DNA of 64,000 nucleotides from Bacteroidota bacterium (lineage in GTDB: Bacteria; Bacteroidota; Ignavibacteria; Kapaibacteriales; UBA2268). A model generated the notes under the pieces. The model was not told the origin of the DNA and did not search any database. It worked only from the letters and a program-made list of their open reading frames with translations. Positions 58,178-64,000 of the stretch are shown here, piece by piece. The stretch is from assembly GCA_021780815.1 (NCBI GenBank), contig JAJXYC010000009.1, forward strand, positions 31,157 through 95,156. Reading direction: 5' to 3'. A program made the position numbers and the translations under genes. The first letter of the stretch is position 1. Each line of letters starts with the position of its first letter.

Positions 58178-60643
58178 TCATTGCAATAAACGGAATATTT
58201 TTATAATTTTCTTGTTTCTTGATTTGTTGTGTAGCATAATTCCGTTTTCGCCTTTTCCTAAATTTATATCCATTAAAACTAATGAATATTGCTTCTTTTG
58301 AACTGCTTCTATTGCTTCCGTTGCATTAGTGGCAAAATCTACATTACAAAGATTTCTCAATAAAACTAACGTTAATTGCCTTGATATTTCATCATCTTCA
58401 ACAACAAGCACATCCTTATTGAACTTTGTATTTGCACCTGTTGTATTTTGAGATTTAATTGTATCTACTTCTGTCCCAATTTCAGGTTCATTGGCTTTTA
58501 CTGATGGACTTTGGTTTAATGGAATTTTAACAGAAAATGTAGAGCCAACTCCTAATTGACTTTTTACAGAAATTTCCCAGCCAAGCATATCAGAATATCT
58601 TTTAATTAAAGATAAGCCTAATCCTGTTCCTTCATAACCTCTGGAAAAACCTTCACTTGCTTGGCGAAATTCTATGAATATGTTTTCAAAGTCTTTTTCA
58701 TCAATTCCTATGCCTGTATCTTCAATTTCAATTAATAATAAATCTTGTGTTTTACCTTTTAAGATTGCATTTCTTTCTTCTAAAACTCTAACTTCAACTC
58801 CACCTTCGTTTGTAAATTTAATTGCATTATTTATTAAGTTATTCAAAATACTATCAATTGCTTTTTGTGCTGAATAAATTTGGAAATTTCTTAATTTTGT
58901 TTTCAAATTTAAATACAACCCTTTTCTATCAGCATTTGGCTTAAAAATAGTTATTGCTTGGTTTACTTGTCTAATTAAATCAAATGTGGAAAATTCTAAT
59001 TTCATCTCGCCTGCTTCAATTCGAGAAACATCCAGAATTAAATTTAAAGTTTCAAGCAAACGTTTTCCACTTGAATGAATTATAGAACCCATTTCACAAG
59101 CGTCTTCCAATTTTTTTGTGGTTGTAATTAATTCAGAAAATCCTAAAATACCATTTAAAGGCGTGCGAATTTCGTGACTCATATTTGCAAGAAAACTTGT
59201 CTTTAATCTTACGGATTCTTCTGCTAATTCTTTTGCTTTTATTAATTCTTCTTCTACTTTTTTTCTTTCTGTTAAATTTCTATAAACACTTAATATTAAT
59301 TCTTGACCTGCCTCTATAACCATTTTACTATGTACTTCATAAAAATATTCTTTGCCATCTTTCGACACATTTATTGTTTCAAATTTATATTCTTTATTTT
59401 CTTTTAAAATTTTGAATCTATCTTTTACCAAACCCTTGTATTCTTCTGAATTTAAATTCATAATCGGCATTGATTGAAGTTCCTCTTTTGAATAGCCAAG
59501 AAGTTTAGTTGTAGCTGTGTTTGCCTCCACTACGTAGCCATTATTTGGATTTATTAATAAAATTGGGTCAGCCGCATTTTCAAAAATTGACCTGAATTTC
59601 TCTTCTCTTGTTTTAATTTCTTCTTGTTGCAAATGTTTTTCAGACTCGTCTCTAAATACAATTATTACTCCAAAAATATTTCCCCTTTCATCTTTAATAG
59701 GGGAACCACTATCGGCTATTATTCTTTCTGTTCCATCTTTGGCAATTAAAACTGTATGGTTAGCTAAGCCAATAATTTTTCCAGATTTTAAGACAAGTTC
59801 GGCTGGATTATCACAAGTTTTACGTGTAATTTGGTTTATTATATTAAATACTTCAGCGAGAGGTTTTCCAAAAGCTTCTTCATTTTTCCAGCCTGTTAAT
59901 TCTTCACACACTTTATTCATGAAAACAATATTGCTTTGGTTATCGGTAGTAATTACAGCATCGCCAATACTTTGCAAAGTAATTGATAATTGCTCCTTTT
60001 CTTTAAATAATGCTTTTTCATTTTCAATTAGTTCTGTTATAATTGGATTTGATATTCGTAGGATGATAAAATTCCCAATTACAATAATTAAAATAGTAAA
60101 GAGCGTAACATAAATTAGAGATTCATAAAAAGGAGCATTTATTTCACTTCGGTCAACTTTTGCAACTAATGCCCAATTTAATGGTTTGGTATATGTATAT
60201 GCGGCAAATACATCATGTTTTCTAAAATCTTTACCTTCATAAATTCCAGATTTGCCTTCAAATGGTAATTTGATGATTTTTATTTTATTAGATGAAACAA
60301 GATGCTTTTTCTTAATTAAACCACGATAATCTGCAGACAATAAAAAATTTATTGTGTCATCTTCTTTTACAGCAATTTCGTATTCGCCTGTTTGACCTAA
60401 GCTTTGCTTTTTACTATAAGCATTTTTAAGAATTGAAATTATTGAATCTTGGCTATAGTTCTTTTGGCTTAAAGTTTCAATCAAATTTTTTTCGTTTTCA
60501 ACTAAATCTAAAAGAGAATATTTAATTCGTTCAACAGATTTAAGATAAATAATATAAGTTGATGTAAAAGTAACTGCTATTATAGATAAAGCAAGTATTA
60601 ATGAAATAAAAAGAATTTTTTTGGATTTATAAATCTTATTCAT
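58178..60643 (-). CDS. Hybrid sensor histidine kinase (TM - periplasmic sensor - PAS - HisKA - HATPase - receiver); the receiver domain is interrupted by a frameshift and continues in another frame to about 58052
   Basis: 821 aa as given. H-box SHEIRTPLNGILGFSEL, N/G boxes and receiver start VLVVEDDEISRQ...LVLMDINLGKG. The downstream frame encodes the missing receiver end [32 protein letters not shown], with its stop at 58049..58051. Confidence 0.7.
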   Translation of the reverse strand: MNKIYKSKKILFISLILALSIIAVTFTSTYIIYLKSVERIKYSLLDLVENEKNLIETLSQKNYSQDSIISILKNAYSKKQSLGQTGEYEIAVKEDDTINFLLSADYRGLIKKKHLVSSNKIKIIKLPFEGKSGIYEGKDFRKHDVFAAYTYTKPLNWALVAKVDRSEINAPFYESLIYVTLFTILIIVIGNFIILRISNPIITELIENEKALFKEKEQLSITLQSIGDAVITTDNQSNIVFMNKVCEELTGWKNEEAFGKPLAEVFNIINQITRKTCDNPAELVLKSGKIIGLANHTVLIAKDGTERIIADSGSPIKDERGNIFGVIIVFRDESEKHLQQEEIKTREEKFRSIFENAADPILLINPNNGYVVEANTATTKLLGYSKEELQSMPIMNLNSEEYKGLVKDRFKILKENKEYKFETINVSKDGKEYFYEVHSKMVIEAGQELILSVYRNLTERKKVEEELIKAKELAEESVRLKTSFLANMSHEIRTPLNGILGFSELITTTKKLEDACEMGSIIHSSGKRLLETLNLILDVSRIEAGEMKLEFSTFDLIRQVNQAITIFKPNADRKGLYLNLKTKLRNFQIYSAQKAIDSILNNLINNAIKFTNEGGVEVRVLEERNAILKGKTQDLLLIEIEDTGIGIDEKDFENIFIEFRQASEGFSRGYEGTGLGLSLIKRYSDMLGWEISVKSQLGVGSTFSVKIPLNQSPSVKANEPEIGTEVDTIKSQNTTGANTKFNKDVLVVEDDEISRQLTLVLLRNLCNVDFATNATEAIEAVQKKQYSLVLMDINLGKGENGIMLHNKSRNKKIIKIFRLLQ

Positions 60644-60806
60644 TTTCCAATATATAAAAATTAAAAAAATATAAACGAAATAAATGAAAATTAATTGTTG
60701 TAATTACTTAAAATAAGAAAGTTAGATTAATATAAAAATATAATTAATAGTGTTAAAATTATTAATTAATAATTAATACTACATATTGAAAATATTATTT
60801 AAGATA

Positions 60807-61373
60807 CTACAAGCCGATATGAGTAGCGATAATTTTCATACCTTTCAATGTTTTATCTATTAAATCATCGAGTTGCATATTCAACATTTCAGCACCTTTA
60901 ATAATAACATCTCGATTAGCCCCAGCGGCAAAACTTTTCTCTTTCCATTTCTTTTTGATAGATTCAACTTCGACATCGCTTAAGCTTTTAGAAGGACGAA
61001 CCAAAGCAACAGCAGTAATTAAGCCTGTTAATTCATCAATGGCGAACAAAGTTTTTTCTAAATTTGTTTGTGGCTCAACATCCGTAGTAAAGCCGTAGGC
61101 GTGTGAAAGAACAGCTCGAATCCAAGTTGGGTGCCAATTTTCTGCTTCAAGGATTTGTTTGGTTACTGTACAATGTTGTTCAGGATATTTTTCATAATCT
61201 AAATCGTGGACAAGCCCAATAATTCCCCACATCTCTTCATCTTCGCCATTGATTTTTGCGAAATATCGCATTACACCTTCAACAGCAAGACCATGATTTA
61301 TTAGTGATTGGGTCTCGTTATATTTCAATAATAATGACAATGCTTCTTCTCTTGTCGGTACTTTATATTCCAT
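60807..61373 (-). CDS. HD-domain phosphohydrolase-family protein
   Basis: 188 aa. H...HD...D metal-binding pattern (HGLAVEG...GLVHDLDYEKYPEQH). Confidence 0.55.
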   Translation of the reverse strand: MEYKVPTREEALSLLLKYNETQSLINHGLAVEGVMRYFAKINGEDEEMWGIIGLVHDLDYEKYPEQHCTVTKQILEAENWHPTWIRAVLSHAYGFTTDVEPQTNLEKTLFAIDELTGLITAVALVRPSKSLSDVEVESIKKKWKEKSFAAGANRDVIIKGAEMLNMQLDDLIDKTLKGMKIIATHIGL

Positions 61374-61525
61374 TTAAATTACTCGGTTTAATTTTTCAAA
61401 ATTATGAAAAAAATATTTGATATAGTATATCCGAGTATTTTCCTTTTCGTTTGTTTTTTTATTGAATAAAAAAAGAAAACAAAGTAGATTTTTTTATTAA
61501 TTTTGAATTTTAAAACAATTGTAAG

Positions 61526-61903
61526 ATGAAAAAGTCATTAACAAAATTAACACTAAAGAATTTAGAATTTTTTGCATATCATGGTGTGAATGAAATTGAG
61601 AAGCGCAATGGCGGTAAATTCCAAGTAGATGTTGAAATTATTTATGATGCAACAGAAGCAATATTGACCGATGACCTTGCAAAAGCATTAAATTATGAGG
61701 AAGTTCTATCGATAGTCAATGATATTATTCTTGGTGAGTCGTTTAATTTAATTGAAACAATCGTTTTTGAGATTTTAGGAAATATTGCCGAAAAATTTAA
61801 TTTTATTGAAAAAATTGATGTTAAAGTAAGAAAATACAATGTTCCTTACAAAGGGATATTAAGTTTTATAGAAGCAGAGCAGTCATTTGAAAAGAAACGA
61901 TAA
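61526..61903 (+). CDS. folB: Dihydroneopterin aldolase
   Basis: 125 aa. LEFFAYHGVNEIEKRNGGKFQVDVEI matches FolB. Confidence 0.85.
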   Translation: MKKSLTKLTLKNLEFFAYHGVNEIEKRNGGKFQVDVEIIYDATEAILTDDLAKALNYEEVLSIVNDIILGESFNLIETIVFEILGNIAEKFNFIEKIDVKVRKYNVPYKGILSFIEAEQSFEKKR

Positions 61904-62411
61904 ACAAAGCCAGACAAAAGTACTTTTGTCATTAGGTTCGAATATAGGCGATAAAATTGATTATATTAAAAAGGCAATGAATTTACTTACTCGATCGGGT
62001 ATATTTAATATAATTCAAAAATCATCGTATTACTTCACCGAACCTTATGGTATATCAGAACAGAGCTGGTATGCAAATATTGTAGTTGAAGGTTATACAG
62101 AATTAGGAGCAAATTCATTTCTACAATTTTGCAAGTCTATCGAATATATGTTGGGACGAAAGATTAGAAAAAGATGGACAGAAAGAGAAATTGATATTGA
62201 TATATTGTTCTTTGGGAATTCAATAATACAAACAAAGAAATTGGAAATACCGCATCCGCAAATTCAGTTCAGAAATTTCGTTTTAGTTCCTTTGAATGAG
62301 ATTGAGCCTAATTTCGTTCACCCTGTTTTCAATGTAACGATATCTGAGCTTTTTAGTATTTCAAAAGACAAATTACAAGTAATTAAAAAAGATGACGCAC
62401 GAAGAAATTAA
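61887..62411 (+). CDS. folK: 2-amino-4-hydroxy-6-hydroxymethyldihydropteridine pyrophosphokinase
   Basis: 174 aa. VLLSLGSNIGDK... and RWTEREIDIDIL HPPK motifs. Overlaps folB. Confidence 0.85.
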   Translation: MKRNDKQSQTKVLLSLGSNIGDKIDYIKKAMNLLTRSGIFNIIQKSSYYFTEPYGISEQSWYANIVVEGYTELGANSFLQFCKSIEYMLGRKIRKRWTEREIDIDILFFGNSIIQTKKLEIPHPQIQFRNFVLVPLNEIEPNFVHPVFNVTISELFSISKDKLQVIKKDDARRN

Positions 62412-64000
62412 AAACGAGATTCTATCACGTTCAGATTTAATTGAAATTGTATCTGAATATGTAAGATTAACTAAACGTGGAAGGAATTTCGTTGGATTAT
62501 GTCCTTTTCATAATGAAAAAACGCCATCATTCACAATTTCGCCAGATAAGCAAATATATAAATGTTTTGGTTGCGGGAAAAGTGGTAATGTTATTACTTT
62601 CTTAATGGAACATAATGGTTTAAGTTACCTTGAATCTTTAAAATTTCTGGGAGATAAGTACGGAGTTAAATTTGAATATACTCAAACAAATAAAGATGAT
62701 ACTTTAAAAATAGAAGAAGTTTATGAAGTTTTAACCAAAGCAACTCAATATTTTCAGGAATTCCTTTACACAAAAGAAGGTGTGGTATGCAAAGAATATT
62801 ACGAAACTCGAGGCTTTACAAAAAAAACTTTCGAAGAATTTAAATTAGGATTTGCACCAAATTCTTTTGAACAACTTTCTAATCATTTAAAAAAGGAAGG
62901 ATTTTCGGAAGATACTATAAAAGAGGCTGGTTTGTCGGTTGAAAGTGAAACGGGAAAATACTATGACAGATTTCGTAATAGAGCAATTTTCCCTATTCAA
63001 GATATTTTTGGACGTGTTATTGCTTTTGGAGCTAGACAATTAGAAAATGAGAAAAACCAACCTAAATATATCAATTCACCCCAAACTATTGTTTATGATA
63101 AGAGTAAAGTATTATACGGGATTTTCCAAGCAAAGAATAATATTATCAATAAACAACAATCTATTTTAGTTGAAGGTTATGCTGACGTTATAACATTACA
63201 CCAGTATGGATTTAAAAATGCGATTGCATCAAGTGGAACTTCATTAACCGGAGAGCAGTTAAAACGATTAAAAAGATATTCAGATAATATTTTAGTCCTT
63301 TATGATGGCGACCAAGCTGGTATTAATGCAACCGAAAGAGCTATAGAACTTGCTTTACAACAAGCATTTAATGTGTATTCTGTTATCTTACCGAACAGCA
63401 ACGATCCTGATGTGTTCCTGAAAGAAAATGGTTCTAATGCTTTATCAAAAATTTTAGCAGAACCTCTAAATTTTATTTCGTTCTTTTTCGAAAAACATAA
63501 AAAGTTTGCGGATTTACTCTCGCCAGCAAAAAAATCAGAAATTATACAAAAAATTATTTATCTTATTAATTTAATTCCAGATGAAATTCAACAGAACTTT
63601 TTAATGCAAGAGTTAGCTTTAAAACTTGATTTTAATGATACACAAATCAAAAGCTTATATAAAATTAAAGGAAATCTAAAATCAGGTAAAACTACTACTA
63701 AAAATGAATTAAAACAAGAAAGCGTTCAATCTTCTTCTGCCGAAAAAGAATTTATTCTTGAACAAAAATCAATTAAGTTGATTGAAAAAATGTCTAATGC
63801 TGAAAATTCATTAATTAAAATTTCTTTGCAAAATGATGATGCTTTTAATTATTTCAAAAGTAAAAATTTTTATAAAGAACTTTTAATTTCTGAAATATCT
63901 CTCAAAATTATTGATTTTATCTCTCAAAGTAATAGTTTAAAAGATTTGTTCGATGAATTGAACCAAGAAAATGTTAATCCATATATTAAAAGTATTATTT
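62392..64000 (+). CDS. dnaG: DNA primase (3'-partial, continues beyond window)
   Basis: Hand-translated from the ATG at 62392 and not in the ORF track because there is no stop within the window. Zinc ribbon CPFHNEKTPSFTISPDKQIYKCFGCGKSGN, TOPRIM EGYADV...LYDGDQAG. Confidence 0.85.
   Translation, partial: MTHEEIKNEILSRSDLIEIVSEYVRLTKRGRNFVGLCPFHNEKTPSFTISPDKQIYKCFGCGKSGNVITFLMEHNGLSYLESLKFLGDKYGVKFEYTQTNKDDTLKIEEVYEVLTKATQYFQEFLYTKEGVVCKEYYETRGFTKKTFEEFKLGFAPNSFEQLSNHLKKEGFSEDTIKEAGLSVESETGKYYDRFRNRAIFPIQDIFGRVIAFGARQLENEKNQPKYINSPQTIVYDKSKVLYGIFQAKNNIINKQQSILVEGYADVITLHQYGFKNAIASSGTSLTGEQLKRLKRYSDNILVLYDGDQAGINATERAIELALQQAFNVYSVILPNSNDPDVFLKENGSNALSKILAEPLNFISFFFEKHKKFADLLSPAKKSEIIQKIIYLINLIPDEIQQNFLMQELALKLDFNDTQIKSLYKIKGNLKSGKTTTKNELKQESVQSSSAEKEFILEQKSIKLIEKMSNAENSLIKISLQNDDAFNYFKSKNFYKELLISEISLKIIDFISQSNSLKDLFDELNQENVNPYIKSII

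Overview
This is a low-GC (about 30-38% by eye) bacterial chromosomal segment with compact, mostly housekeeping gene content. The combination of T9SS C-terminal sorting domains, a flagellar late-gene locus and HprK points to an Ignavibacteria-like member of the FCB superphylum; this is an inference, since I could not run a search. Housekeeping genes on the minus strand include methylmalonyl-CoA mutase (mutA-mutB), queA, tsaB, alaS, gpsA, plsY, dsbD, hprK and leuS. On the plus strand are queF-queD, a CcrM-like orphan adenine methyltransferase, nadA-nadC, tRNA-Arg(CCG), accD, hpf, prfA, folB-folK and dnaG (runs off the 3' end). An island of secreted proteins at about 14.9-31.9 kb holds a 2656-aa beta-helix/BNR-propeller protein, four to five T9SS-cargo proteins, a GT2 glycosyltransferase and an outer-membrane protein. 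A flagellar filament locus lies at 46.8-52.3 kb: two tandem flagellin paralogs, each behind its own sigma-28 promoter, then fliS, fliD, flaG and a flgM-like gene. The most unusual object is a 1121-aa minus-strand ORF at 52465..55830. It reads as an MmeI-family (type IIL/IIG) single-chain restriction-modification enzyme: a PD-ExK-like N-terminus followed by a gamma-class N6-adenine methyltransferase with FFTP, DCAAGTGN and NPPY motifs. Near its 3' end it carries an in-frame DUF559 (Vsr-like endonuclease fold) cassette flanked by two directly repeated modules. Each module is built from tandem 42-bp units that contain the perfect palindrome CCCCTCTAAAAGAGGGG. Other notable points are a frameshift in the receiver domain of a hybrid sensor kinase, poly-serine FliD termini encoded by 9-bp tandem repeats, and several clean intrinsic terminators.
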